Below are positions 7,572 to 16,634 of a stretch of 25,200 nucleotides of DNA, one piece after another. Position 1 is the first letter of the stretch. Every line of letters begins with the position of its first letter. Origin of the DNA: Candidatus Woesearchaeota archaeon (lineage in GTDB: Archaea > Nanobdellota > Nanobdellia > Woesearchaeales > ARS49); NCBI GenBank assembly GCA_038891615.1, contig JAWADY010000004.1, forward strand, positions 1 to 25,200. Reading direction: 5' to 3'. Under the pieces are notes generated by a model that was not told the origin of the DNA, ran no database searches, and saw only the letters and a program-made list of their open reading frames with translations. Position numbers and translations under genes: made by a program.

Positions 7572-8261
7572 ATGGCAATATTTGATGTTCCAACGAATGA
7601 ACTCATTTTAAGAGTTGCTGACGAGCTAAAAAAGTTTGAGCAGCTAAAGCCACCTCTTTGGGCCGCATTTGTTAAGACAGGACACTTTAAGGAGCGCCCG
7701 CCAACAAATCCTGACTGGTGGTATGTTCGGTTGGCATCAATTCTAAGAAAGTTGGCAATACTAGGACCTATTGGGGTTTCAAAGCTTCGAACAGCGTATG
7801 GCGGAAGAAAAAACCGCGGCGTTGCAAGCGAAGCTTTCTACAAAGGCTCTGGAAGCATTGTTAGAAAAGGCTTACAACAACTTGAAACTGCCGGGCTTGC
7901 AAAAAAAGTTGAAAAAGCAGGACATAAAGGTAGGATTGCAACACCAGCAGGGCTTGCCTTGCTTGACAAGGTTGCAAGCCAGCTCATGGCAGAAAAAGGG
8001 ATTGTTATTCCGAAAAAGCCAGAAGGAGAGTTGAAGCTTCCAAGAAAAGCCCCCCCTACAAAACCAAGGGCAAAAAAGGCTACCAAAGAGCAAAAAGCAA
8101 TTGTAAAAACTGAAACTGGCCCAAAAGAGCAAAAAGGTAAAGAAAAGGTTACCAAAAGACAGCAAAAAAAGACTAGCGAAGCTGCTAAATCAGGCGCACC
8201 AAATGTTGGCGATGTGCAATCAGTGCAAGAGCAAAGTGAAGAGAAGAGCAAGACAAAATGA
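7572..8261 (+). CDS. rps19e: 30S ribosomal protein S19e with long Lys-rich C-terminal extension
   Basis: PLWAAFVKTGHFKERPP..DWWYVRLASILRK..GPIGVSKLRTAYGG..GSGSIVRKGLQQLE. Confidence 0.95.
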   Translation: MAIFDVPTNELILRVADELKKFEQLKPPLWAAFVKTGHFKERPPTNPDWWYVRLASILRKLAILGPIGVSKLRTAYGGRKNRGVASEAFYKGSGSIVRKGLQQLETAGLAKKVEKAGHKGRIATPAGLALLDKVASQLMAEKGIVIPKKPEGELKLPRKAPPTKPRAKKATKEQKAIVKTETGPKEQKGKEKVTKRQQKKTSEAAKSGAPNVGDVQSVQEQSEEKSKTK

Positions 8262-8431
8262 GCAAATATAAACATCCAAGCAAGAAAAAAAGGCTTGCTA
8301 AGGCAGGCAGGCAAACTAAATGGGCTCCTTTTTGGACTGTGCCAAAAATTTATGGAAAAGGCAGAAGGATCCATCCTGGCAGGCATACGGCAATAAAAAG
8401 AAGTTGGAGGAGAACAAAACTCAAACTATGA
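8258..8431 (+). CDS. rpl39e: 50S ribosomal protein L39e
   Basis: Hand translation MSKYKHPSKKKRLAKAGRQTKWAPFW...RSWRRTKLKL (57 aa); ATGA overlap with rps19e; conserved position before rpl31e. Confidence 0.9.
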   Translation: MSKYKHPSKKKRLAKAGRQTKWAPFWTVPKIYGKGRRIHPGRHTAIKRSWRRTKLKL

Positions 8432-8441
8432 TTGAATTAAA

Positions 8442-8996
8442 ATGCTAGAAAGAAGTTATATCATCCCGTTGCGTAAAGAATGGATAAAGGCTCCACGGTA
8501 TAAGAGGGCAAAAAAGGCTGTCTCAGCTGTGAGAGAGTTTCTAATGAAACACATGAAGGCTAACGATGTAAAAATCGGACCACAACTCAACCTCGCGATT
8601 TGGAAAAGAGGCATAAGAAATCCTCCTGCAAAAATAAAAGTTAGCGCTAGAAAGGATGAAAAGGGGGTTGTAAGGGTTGAGCTTTTTGGATTTGAGGTTC
8701 CAAAGCAAGAAGAAAAAAAGCCAGAATCAAAAGGCTTGCTTGGAAGGCTTGGTGAAAGGATAGCCTCGAAGACAGAAAAGGAAGAAGTTGAAGCAGCTAA
8801 AGTCTTGGAAGAGAAAAATGAGAAGCTAAAAGAAGAAAAGGGCAAAGCCTTGGACAAAGAAAAGGAGCAAAAAGAAACAAAAGGAAAAAAGAAAGAAGAA
8901 GTTGAAGCAGCTAAAGTCTTGGAAGAGAAAAATGAGAAGTTAAAAGAAGAAAAGGGCAAAGCCTCGGACAAAGAAAAGGAGCTGAAAGAAAAGTGA
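8442..8996 (+). CDS. rpl31e: 50S ribosomal protein L31e with charged, duplicated C-terminal extension
   Basis: ERSYIIPLR...KRAKKAV..VREFLMKHMK...LNLAIWKRGIRNPPAKIKV. Confidence 0.95.
   Translation: MLERSYIIPLRKEWIKAPRYKRAKKAVSAVREFLMKHMKANDVKIGPQLNLAIWKRGIRNPPAKIKVSARKDEKGVVRVELFGFEVPKQEEKKPESKGLLGRLGERIASKTEKEEVEAAKVLEEKNEKLKEEKGKALDKEKEQKETKGKKKEEVEAAKVLEEKNEKLKEEKGKASDKEKELKEK
8781..8982 (+). repeat. Intragenic direct repeat, 2 x 88 bp (8781-8868 and 8895-8982)
   Basis: Two mismatches; period 114 nt (38 aa); encodes EEVEAAKVLEEKNEKLKEEKGKA(L/S)DKEKE. Confidence 0.92.
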
Positions 8997-9198
8997 AAAA
9001 GGAGGAAGAAAATAGAGTAGTTTGAGAAAGTGAAAAGAAAAGCAACATGAAAGCAAGCAATATAAAAATAAGTTATAACAAGGTTAAAGAATAATAGTTG
9101 TAGCTAAAGATAAGAAGAACAAAGAACAAAAAATAAAAAACAAAAAGAGTGAAAAACTTCTGTTTAAAAATAAAAGTTTGGTCTTAAAAGCTGTGTCA

Positions 9199-10182
9199 AT
9201 GAATCGTTTGCCTTTTGAACAGGAAAAGCGTGAAATTCTTGTAAAGCGTGAGGCAAAAACAGATCCAAGGTTTGGCTGCGTGCCAGAGTTAAGGCCAGTT
9301 GAGCATATTATCAATTATGGCATTGTTAACATAAACAAGCCAAAAGGACCAACATCACACGAAGTTTCTGAGTATGTCAAAAGAATTCTTGGAATTTCAA
9401 AGGCAGGTCATTCAGGAACACTAGACCCTGCTGTAACAGGAGTCCTTCCAATTGCTCTTGGCAGCGCAACAAAAGTAACATCAACACTTCTGAAGGCAGG
9501 GAAAGAATATGTTGCACTAGCGCACTTTCATAAAGAGATGCCTCAATCTGAGCTGAGAAGGGCGTTTGAGTCCTTTGTTGGAAAAATAAAACAAATTCCT
9601 CCTGTTCGCGCAGCCATCAAAAGAGTTGAGAGGCAAAGGATGGTCTATTACCTTGATATTCTTGAGATAGAAGGCAAGGACGTCCTTTTTAGGATTGGTT
9701 GTGAAGCAGGAACATACATAAGAAAATTGATTCATGACATTGGACAATCATTAGGTGTTGGTGCACACATGACACAACTTATACGCACAAGGGTTGGGCC
9801 TTTCACTGACAGCACAATGATTACTCTCCAAGACCTTGAGGATGCACTTTGGTATTGGAAACATGAAAAAAATGAAAAGTTCATCCGCTACTGCATAAGG
9901 CCTGTTGAAGAAGCTGTTGTTCATCTTCCAAAGATATGGTTGGTTGATTCCGCGATTGACAGCGTTTGTCGTGGAGCGCTGCTGAATGTTCCTGGAGTGT
10001 CAATGCTTGAGTCAGGAATTGCAATCGGCGATATTGTTGCGTTGCAGTCGTTAAAAGGTGAGCTTGTGGCGATTGCCAAAGCAACGATGTTTAGCCAGCA
10101 AATCATGACTGCTGTCAAAGGGACTGTTGCAAAGACAGAACGGGTTTTCATGCCTCCAGGAACATATCCCAAGAGTCAGTAG
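9199..10182 (+). CDS. cbf5: H/ACA RNA-guided pseudouridine synthase Cbf5 (TruB family)
   Basis: NKPKGPTSHEV, GHSGTLDP with catalytic Asp, CEAGTYIRKL, PUA domain, TERVFM..GTYP. ATG 9199 follows TTTAAAAA. Confidence 0.95.
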   Translation: MNRLPFEQEKREILVKREAKTDPRFGCVPELRPVEHIINYGIVNINKPKGPTSHEVSEYVKRILGISKAGHSGTLDPAVTGVLPIALGSATKVTSTLLKAGKEYVALAHFHKEMPQSELRRAFESFVGKIKQIPPVRAAIKRVERQRMVYYLDILEIEGKDVLFRIGCEAGTYIRKLIHDIGQSLGVGAHMTQLIRTRVGPFTDSTMITLQDLEDALWYWKHEKNEKFIRYCIRPVEEAVVHLPKIWLVDSAIDSVCRGALLNVPGVSMLESGIAIGDIVALQSLKGELVAIAKATMFSQQIMTAVKGTVAKTERVFMPPGTYPKSQ

Positions 10183-10206
10183 CCTTGCAACATTCCTAAA
10201 GATTTA

Positions 10207-10309
10207 TGGGCCCGTGAGGATTTGAACCCCAGTCTAGCGGTTTCTTACAGCACAGTTTTGCTAGTGATGTCCGAAGCCGCTTGTTCTATCCAGGCTAAAC
10301 TACGGGCCC
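10207..10309 (-). tRNA. tRNA-Arg (anticodon UCG) with a 29-nt intron at position 37/38 (intron 10242-10270); CCA not encoded
   Basis: Reverse complement folds as acceptor GGGCCCG/CGGGCCC+A, D arm GTTT/GAAC, anticodon stem AGCGG/CCGCT with loop CT-TCG-G|A, T arm TGGGG-TTCAAAT-CCTCA. Upstream TATA TTTAAATA at ~10334-10341. Confidence 0.93.
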
Positions 10310-10373
10310 GCTAGCTAAAAATAGATTGAATGCTATTTAAAGCTGTTGCAAAATAAAAAAAGATGCAAAGAGA

Positions 10374-10667
10374 TTACTGTTGCTGTAGCTGCCTGGCAAG
10401 CGTTATCTCGATTGTGCTTACTCTTACAAGCTTGCCTTCTTGATTTGTGAACTCTTCACTATCGATGTGGATTGATTTAACCCCAATCGCTCCTTCAAGA
10501 AACCTCTTTGAGGCGACCTCTGCCACATCAACAGCTCTCGAGATAAACTTCCCACGAGCTTTTATCACAACCTCATTCGCTCCTTTTGTTGTAAATTGCA
10601 TCACAACCCCTGTCACATAGTTCATGAAGGGTTTGTTGCCGATGAAAACAGAGTTTGTTTCTGTCAT
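10374..10667 (-). CDS. albA: DNA/RNA-binding protein Alba
   Basis: VFIGNKPFMNYV, KARGKFISRAVDVAE, VSTIEI; strong SD GGAGGTG. Confidence 0.95.
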   Translation of the reverse strand: MTETNSVFIGNKPFMNYVTGVVMQFTTKGANEVVIKARGKFISRAVDVAEVASKRFLEGAIGVKSIHIDSEEFTNQEGKLVRVSTIEITLARQLQQQ

Positions 10668-10723
10668 CCTAACACCTCCATTGTTTGCTTATTTGCTCAA
10701 ACACTACTGCTCCAAGGCCGGCA

Positions 10724-10915
10724 CTATTCCTCCCCGCGCTTAAGCAAATTGGTTACATAGCCGGCTATGACATTCCTTATCCTCTTGTTTGGTACATCAA
10801 TTAACTGTTCCACAAGCAACTTATTCTTGTTGAAATCCTGCGTAAACTTTTCCCTGTGAGTAGCAATCAACTTGTGAGTCCATCTTTTGATAAGCTGAGT
10901 TTTTATTCTACCCAT
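10724..10915 (-). CDS. rps17e: 30S ribosomal protein S17e
   Basis: MGRIKTQLIKR...FTQDFNKNK...NKRIRNVIAGYVT; true start at ATG 10915. Confidence 0.93.
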   Translation of the reverse strand: MGRIKTQLIKRWTHKLIATHREKFTQDFNKNKLLVEQLIDVPNKRIRNVIAGYVTNLLKRGEE

Positions 10916-10982
10916 TATATTTTTGTTTGTAGTGCTGTTTATAAGTCTTTCGCCATAAAAGAGCATTCTTGACGATTTCATT

Positions 10983-11783
10983 TTAGACATGAGCTGAAGG
11001 TTTATAACTTTCAACAAGCAACTTAGCGCCGAGCTTAACAGTCAGGTCTTGAACATCCTTCAACGGATTGATTTCAACAACATCGAGGGCCATGAAGTTT
11101 TTAAGCAAGCGGAGGCGCTGGAGAAAATAAATCAAATCGCGAGAGCTAAACCCCCCTGGTTCTGGGTATCCTGTTCCAGGCGCAAAGGCCGGGTCAACAA
11201 CATCTATGTCTATCGAAACATAAAGCCCATCAAAGGTCTGGACAGCAGACATCACAGCATCACAAATCTCATGAATACCCTCGGTTGTAATCTCATGCAT
11301 TGAAAAATTCTTTATCCTCATTTTTTGAATAAAAGCCCGTTCTTCCTTGTCGACATTTCTCAAGCCAACAATAATGACATTTTCAGGCTTAAGTGCACCA
11401 GCTGTTATAAGCTCGCGCAACCAGTCTTCATGAGTAATTGCACCAGGAATGGTTGGCATTAAATCGGCATGAGCATCAAAAACAACAATCCCAGCATTTC
11501 TGAAATTTGTTGCAAAGCCCTTGAAGGATGGATTTGTGATGAAGTGGTCGCCACCTATCATTGCAAACTGCTTATGTGCAGAAGCGGCTTGTTGTATTGC
11601 TCTTGCAGTTTCAGCAATATTAGAAGGAACAATCCTAACCTCGCTTATATTAAAAACAGGAATTTGACCAGCTTCTGAAAGCCAGATTTCTTTTAACTTT
11701 GCTACAACCCTGTCAGGTGCAAGCTCAGCTCCTTTCTGAGAAGAAAGCCCTCCAAGAGAGGTCGGAACTTTTATTAGTTGCAT
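10983..11783 (-). CDS. Arginase/agmatinase-family ureohydrolase
   Basis: GGDH, DAHAD, SIDIDVVDPAFAPGTG.PEPGG, DVVEINP metal-binding motifs. Confidence 0.92.
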   Translation of the reverse strand: MQLIKVPTSLGGLSSQKGAELAPDRVVAKLKEIWLSEAGQIPVFNISEVRIVPSNIAETARAIQQAASAHKQFAMIGGDHFITNPSFKGFATNFRNAGIVVFDAHADLMPTIPGAITHEDWLRELITAGALKPENVIIVGLRNVDKEERAFIQKMRIKNFSMHEITTEGIHEICDAVMSAVQTFDGLYVSIDIDVVDPAFAPGTGYPEPGGFSSRDLIYFLQRLRLLKNFMALDVVEINPLKDVQDLTVKLGAKLLVESYKPSAHV

Positions 11784-11896
11784 ATTTGCAAAAATGGTTA
11801 GAGCTTATTTAAAGATTGCTTTAGTCGCACAATGCGAAGACATCCTAACCATGGACAGACTTTAGCAGGTTCATTTGTATGGTCTTTGTTGCAAAT

Positions 11897-13603
11897 TCAC
11901 ATTTCTTGAGGAGCAGCAATTCCAAGAAGTCTTAAACCATTTTTTAGCACCTGACGTGAGCAGTCCACAAGCAGGAGTCTTGCTGCCCTTCGGTTTGCGT
12001 TCTTTTCCTGCAGGCAGGGGCAAGAATGATAGAACTCATTGAAAGTCCTTCCAAGCTCAAGCAGGTACTGTGCAATTATGTGTGGCTTGTAGTGGACGAG
12101 CGATTCTTCTGCTTTTGAGCCAAATGAGGCTAGAAGTTTGAGCAGTTTTTTCTCAACCCTTTCTGAAAGCATAGAAAAATCAATATTGGCAGATTGGTTC
12201 AGCTTTTGTTCCGCAGCTTTTTTCAATATAGAACATGCCCTGGCATGAGTGTACTGAAGGTACGGTCCTGTATCTCCTTCAAAATCTATTATTTTATCCC
12301 AATCAAACACTATGTCTTTTATGCGGTCATTTACAAGGTCTCCAAAAAAGATAGCACCGATTCCTACAATTCTTGCAATCTCTGCCTTTTCTTTTAGCGC
12401 TGGATTTTTCTTTTCAATCACAGCAGCAACTTTTGCAATTGTCTCGCGAAGAACTTTTTCGAGAAGGACCGCCTCGCCGCGCCTTGTTGCCATCTTACCC
12501 CCCGATGGTGCAAGATAAAAACCGAATGGAATGTGAACGAGTTTTCCGCTGTCCCAGCCCATCTTTTCTGCAACAGAAAAAACCTGTTTGAAATGTAGCT
12601 GCTGTTCGGCTCCAGTAACATAAAGGATTTTCTCTGGAGAATAGGTTTTGAGTCTATACTCAATGGCTGCAAGGTCCCTAGAAGCATAGGTGCTTGCTTC
12701 GTCTGATTTGCGCAAGATACAAGGAGGAATTTCTTTGCCAAGTGCGACAACAAGCGCTCCTTCGCTTAGCTGCGTAAGCCCTCTTCCTTCAATCTTTGAG
12801 ATTGTTCCATCAACCTTGTCACGATAAAAGGATTCTCCATCATAGCTGTCAAAAGCTATTCCCATCATCTCATAAATCTTATTGAACTCATCGAGACTCA
12901 AGTGCTTAAACTTTGACCAAAGCGAAATGGCTTGTCTATTCCCTTGCTCAAGCTTTTTAAACCACTCCCTTGCCTCTTCTTGAAGTTTGGGATTTTTTTC
13001 AGCTTCTCTATTGAAGCGCACATATAGATCAAGCAAATATTTCATTGGCTCTTTTTTTAGCCTTTCTTTGTCGCCCCACCTTAAGTGAGCTGCAATTAGC
13101 GCTCCAAACTGAGTTCCCCAATCGCCAAGATGATTTATCCTTATCACATTATAACCAAAGAATTCATGAATGTTTGCAATGCTGTTGCCAATGACAGTAC
13201 TCCTGAGATGACCAAAGTGAAACGGTTTGCCAATGTTTGGGCTGCTATAATCAATGACAACAACTGCTCCTTTTCCAATCTGCCTGCTTCCATAGCTATC
13301 TTTTTTTGATGAAATCTCTGTAAGGACCTTTTCTGCGATTGAACTTGTTTTTAGAAAAAAATTGACATAAGGACCATTTGCGACAACTTTTTCAACAAAA
13401 GGCGGTATCTTAGAAGCAAGGCTTTTTGCAAGCTCCGCGGCAAGCTGGGTAGGCTGTTTTTTTAGCTTTTTTGCCAATTCGAAACAAGGAAAGGCGATGT
13501 CTCCGAACTTTTCGTGCGGTGGAAGCTCTGGGATAATCTCCCATCCAGTTTCTTTTTTTAGGAGAATGCGCAATTCCTGTTCAAACATACGCCAGAAATT
13601 CAT
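11897..13603 (-). CDS. argS: Arginyl-tRNA synthetase
   Basis: DYSSPNIGKPFHFGHLRST (HIGH), GDWGTQFG, KMATRRG, FEGDTGPYLQY, DALR domain; start probably ATG 13603. Confidence 0.97.
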   Translation of the reverse strand: MNFWRMFEQELRILLKKETGWEIIPELPPHEKFGDIAFPCFELAKKLKKQPTQLAAELAKSLASKIPPFVEKVVANGPYVNFFLKTSSIAEKVLTEISSKKDSYGSRQIGKGAVVVIDYSSPNIGKPFHFGHLRSTVIGNSIANIHEFFGYNVIRINHLGDWGTQFGALIAAHLRWGDKERLKKEPMKYLLDLYVRFNREAEKNPKLQEEAREWFKKLEQGNRQAISLWSKFKHLSLDEFNKIYEMMGIAFDSYDGESFYRDKVDGTISKIEGRGLTQLSEGALVVALGKEIPPCILRKSDEASTYASRDLAAIEYRLKTYSPEKILYVTGAEQQLHFKQVFSVAEKMGWDSGKLVHIPFGFYLAPSGGKMATRRGEAVLLEKVLRETIAKVAAVIEKKNPALKEKAEIARIVGIGAIFFGDLVNDRIKDIVFDWDKIIDFEGDTGPYLQYTHARACSILKKAAEQKLNQSANIDFSMLSERVEKKLLKLLASFGSKAEESLVHYKPHIIAQYLLELGRTFNEFYHSCPCLQEKNANRRAARLLLVDCSRQVLKNGLRLLGIAAPQEM

Positions 13604-13783
13604 AGAATGATTTATAATCCTTTCGTTGACCGTAACAAGAATATACCTTTTCTTCTGCACATGAGAACAGAACAGCTTCATTGACGAAGCAAAAAGAAGT
13701 TATCACTTTTCGGTTATTTCAATAAAAAAGTTTATATATCAAACCTTTTCCTCAAAAAAAGTGGGTGAAGATGGAGGATCTGC

Positions 13784-13942
13784 ATGCGACAGTGCAAGCG
13801 TTGTGGCGCAACAATAAAAAGCTATAGTCCAATGAGAAAATGGTGTTTTGATTGCAGGAAAAAGGTGGCAATTGAGCAGGCAAAGATGAGAAAGAGTCAA
13901 ACATGGTATGAAAGAAAAGAGTCAGAACAAGAGCTTAGTTAA
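13784..13942 (+). CDS. Small zinc-finger protein (52 aa, CxxC-x13-CxxC)
   Basis: Hand translation MRQCKRCGATIKSYSPMRKWCFDCRKKVAIEQAK...; SD GGAGG at 13773 and TATA TTTATATA at 13732. Confidence 0.75.
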   Translation: MRQCKRCGATIKSYSPMRKWCFDCRKKVAIEQAKMRKSQTWYERKESEQELS

Positions 13943-13997
13943 GAATCACAAAATTATTAAAATCGAACTTGGCGCCTTTTGTTGGTGAAAAAAGAGG

Positions 13998-15329
13998 ATG
14001 TATGAAATTTTTAAAGCGTATGACATAAGGGGAATATATCCTTCTGAACTTGACGAACAGATTGCAAGAAGAATCGGAAGAGCTTTTGTTTCAGCGCTTG
14101 GAAGCAAAAAGGTCATTGTTGGTCGCGACTGCAGAATAAGCTCACCGAAACTTGCGGCTGCGTTGATCGAAGGCATTCTTGAACAAGGCGCAGATGTTAT
14201 TGATATTGGGCTCTGTTCTACTCCGATGATCTACTTTGCCTCACAATCAGCTGATGCAATAATGGTCACTGCCTCGCATAACCCAAAAGAGTATAATGGT
14301 TTTAAACTATGCAAGAAAGGGGGTATAAGGATAGCCCAAAAGTCTGGCATTTCAAAGATTGAACAAATATTCAAGCAAGGCAAATTTGTGCCAGTAGCAA
14401 AAGCCAAAGGCAAGCATTTTAAAAGGCACTTATTGCCCAGCTACGTCTTCCATGTACTCAAGTTTGCAAGAGGCATTAAAAAGCTTAAACTCGTTGTTGA
14501 TGGAGGAAATGGGATGGCTGGATTAACCTTTCCCGCAATTGCTCGTCGATTGCCGTGTAAAGTAATTCCTCTGTGCTTCAAGCTTGATGGAAACTTTCCA
14601 AACCATCCGCCAAATCCTTTTCTTACTGGTGTACTCAAAGAACTTCAAGAAAGGGTTGTTAAGGAGGGGGCTGACCTTGGAATAGCCTTTGATGCTGATT
14701 GCGATAGGGTTGCTTTTGTTGATGAAAAGGGCAAGATTGCCCGCGGAGACCTAATAGCCCTGCTTATTGCACGAGACATCCTTAAAAGAAAGGCTGGAGC
14801 AAAAATTTTCTGCGATGTGCGCTGTAGCAGGGTTGTTGAGGAAGAGATTAAGAGATTAGGAGGACGTTTTGAAAGAAGCAAGGTCGGTCACGCATTCATT
14901 GCAAATAAAATGAGAAAAGAAGATGCTGAATTCGCTGGTGAGCTCTCAGAACACTATTATTTCAAGGAAAATTTCTATTGTGATTCTGGAGATATAGCAG
15001 TCATTCATATGCTCAACATTCTTTCTGAAGAAAAAAAGCCTCTTTCAGCCCTGATTAAGCCATTTCAAAGGTATTATCAATCAGGTGAACTAAGCTTTGA
15101 AGCGAGCCAACAAGTTGCGAAAAGAATCGTGAGTGTACTTGTCGAGATTTACAGCTCAGGTAGGCAATCTAGACTTGATGGCTTGACTGTTGAGTATAAA
15201 GATTGGTGGTTCAACATAAGACCTAGCCACACAGAAGCAATGATAAGGCTAAATGTCGAAGCAAAGACAAAGAAGCTTCTAGATAAAAGGCTTGAAGAAA
15301 TAAAAAAGCACATTTTAGGCAACATATAA
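13998..15329 (+). CDS. Phosphomannomutase/phosphoglucomutase (alpha-D-phosphohexomutase)
   Basis: FKAYDIRG, TASHNP, FDADCDR, GELSEH, RPSHTE. Confidence 0.95.
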   Translation: MYEIFKAYDIRGIYPSELDEQIARRIGRAFVSALGSKKVIVGRDCRISSPKLAAALIEGILEQGADVIDIGLCSTPMIYFASQSADAIMVTASHNPKEYNGFKLCKKGGIRIAQKSGISKIEQIFKQGKFVPVAKAKGKHFKRHLLPSYVFHVLKFARGIKKLKLVVDGGNGMAGLTFPAIARRLPCKVIPLCFKLDGNFPNHPPNPFLTGVLKELQERVVKEGADLGIAFDADCDRVAFVDEKGKIARGDLIALLIARDILKRKAGAKIFCDVRCSRVVEEEIKRLGGRFERSKVGHAFIANKMRKEDAEFAGELSEHYYFKENFYCDSGDIAVIHMLNILSEEKKPLSALIKPFQRYYQSGELSFEASQQVAKRIVSVLVEIYSSGRQSRLDGLTVEYKDWWFNIRPSHTEAMIRLNVEAKTKKLLDKRLEEIKKHILGNI

Positions 15330-15387
15330 ACCGCTACAAAACTTTATAAAGCACGCTGAAAAGGACTTTTTGATTAAAATTAATAGC

Positions 15388-16632
15388 ATGAGAGAAGAAA
15401 CCTTAAAGACCGTACAACCAGAACTAAATGTTGGCCTTGTGGGGCATGTTGACCATGGCAAGACAACCCTGACTAAGGCTCTTTCAGGTAAATGGACAGC
15501 GAGCCATAGTGAAGAAATAAAGAGAGGAATAACTATAAGACTTGGTTATGCAGATGTTTCAATTTGGAAGTGTGCAAGCTGCCCTGAGCCAGAGGCTTAC
15601 ACACTAAATCCTACCTGTCCGAGTTGTGGCAAAGAGGCAATTCTTGTGAGAAAGCTTTCGCTTGTCGATGCGCCTGGGCATGAAAGCCTAATGGCAACAA
15701 TGCTCTGTGGCGCAAACATTATGGATGGAGCGCTCCTTCTAATTGCAGCAAACGAGCCATGCCCTCAACCACAGACAAAAGAACATATTATGGCGTTACA
15801 AATCATTGGAGTAAAAAACATAGTTGTTGTGCAGAATAAGATAGACCTTGTAAGTGAGGAACAGGCAATAAAAAACTACAACCAAATAAAGGAATTTTTG
15901 AAGAACACAACGTACGCAAATGCACCTATAATACCCCTCTCGGCGCTCTATTCAATAAATATCGATGCGCTTCTTCAGGCAATGCTTGAACAGTTCTTGC
16001 CTCCGCAACGCGAGTTAACTAAACCTCCAATAATGTTTGTCGCAAGAAGTTTTGATGTTAACAAGCCTGGAACAAAACCCGAGGAAATGGTAGGTGGGGT
16101 GCTTGGAGGGGCATTAAGACAAGGGGTGTTGAAGGTTGGTGATAGTATTGAACTTCTGCCTGGTCACGAGGTTGTTGAAAAAAATCAAAAAGTGTGGAAA
16201 CCACTCACAACAAGAGTGATAGGGCTAATGACCGGTGGTCAAAAGGTAGATGAGGTAAGACCTGGAGGAACTTTTGCAGTGCTGACAGAACTTGATCCTA
16301 GCATTGTATATGCAGATAAGTTAGTCGGGGCTGTTGTTGGAACTCCAGGAACACTCCCAAAAGTCTGGAGTTCGCTCAAGCTTGAGCTTCATCTTCTTGA
16401 GCGGGTTGTCGGCGCAAAGGATGAGCTAGTTGTAGAGCCAATAAAACCAAACGAATTCCTTATGCTGAATGTAAACTCTGCAGCAACAGTTGGAGTTGTC
16501 AAAGAGCTGAAAAAGAATGAGCTTTTCTGCGTGCTAAAAAGGCCGATTTGTGCAGAGCCTGGTTCAAGGGCGACAATATCAAGAAATGTTGGGCAGCGCT
16601 GGAGATTGATTGGTTATGGAATCATAAGATGA
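15388..16632 (+). CDS. eif2g: Translation initiation factor 2 subunit gamma
   Basis: GHVDHGKT, RGITIRLGYA, Zn knuckle, DAPGHE, QNKID, ARSFDVNKPG, RWRLIGYG. Confidence 0.97.
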   Translation: MREETLKTVQPELNVGLVGHVDHGKTTLTKALSGKWTASHSEEIKRGITIRLGYADVSIWKCASCPEPEAYTLNPTCPSCGKEAILVRKLSLVDAPGHESLMATMLCGANIMDGALLLIAANEPCPQPQTKEHIMALQIIGVKNIVVVQNKIDLVSEEQAIKNYNQIKEFLKNTTYANAPIIPLSALYSINIDALLQAMLEQFLPPQRELTKPPIMFVARSFDVNKPGTKPEEMVGGVLGGALRQGVLKVGDSIELLPGHEVVEKNQKVWKPLTTRVIGLMTGGQKVDEVRPGGTFAVLTELDPSIVYADKLVGAVVGTPGTLPKVWSSLKLELHLLERVVGAKDELVVEPIKPNEFLMLNVNSAATVGVVKELKKNELFCVLKRPICAEPGSRATISRNVGQRWRLIGYGIIR

Positions 16633-16634
16633 GC

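Noticed and set aside
8781-8982. CRISPR-like repeat
   Set aside because: Two long in-frame coding copies, with no spacer array and no cas genes.
8997-9180. Extra gene or N-terminal extension of Cbf5 in the purine-rich spacer
   Set aside because: Only very short ORFs; a TATA box at ~9163 supports the ATG 9199 start.
14935-14960. GELSEH instead of GExSGH in the phosphohexomutase as a sign of pseudogenisation
   Set aside because: The ORF is intact and the catalytic Ser and metal loop are conserved; one substitution is insufficient evidence.
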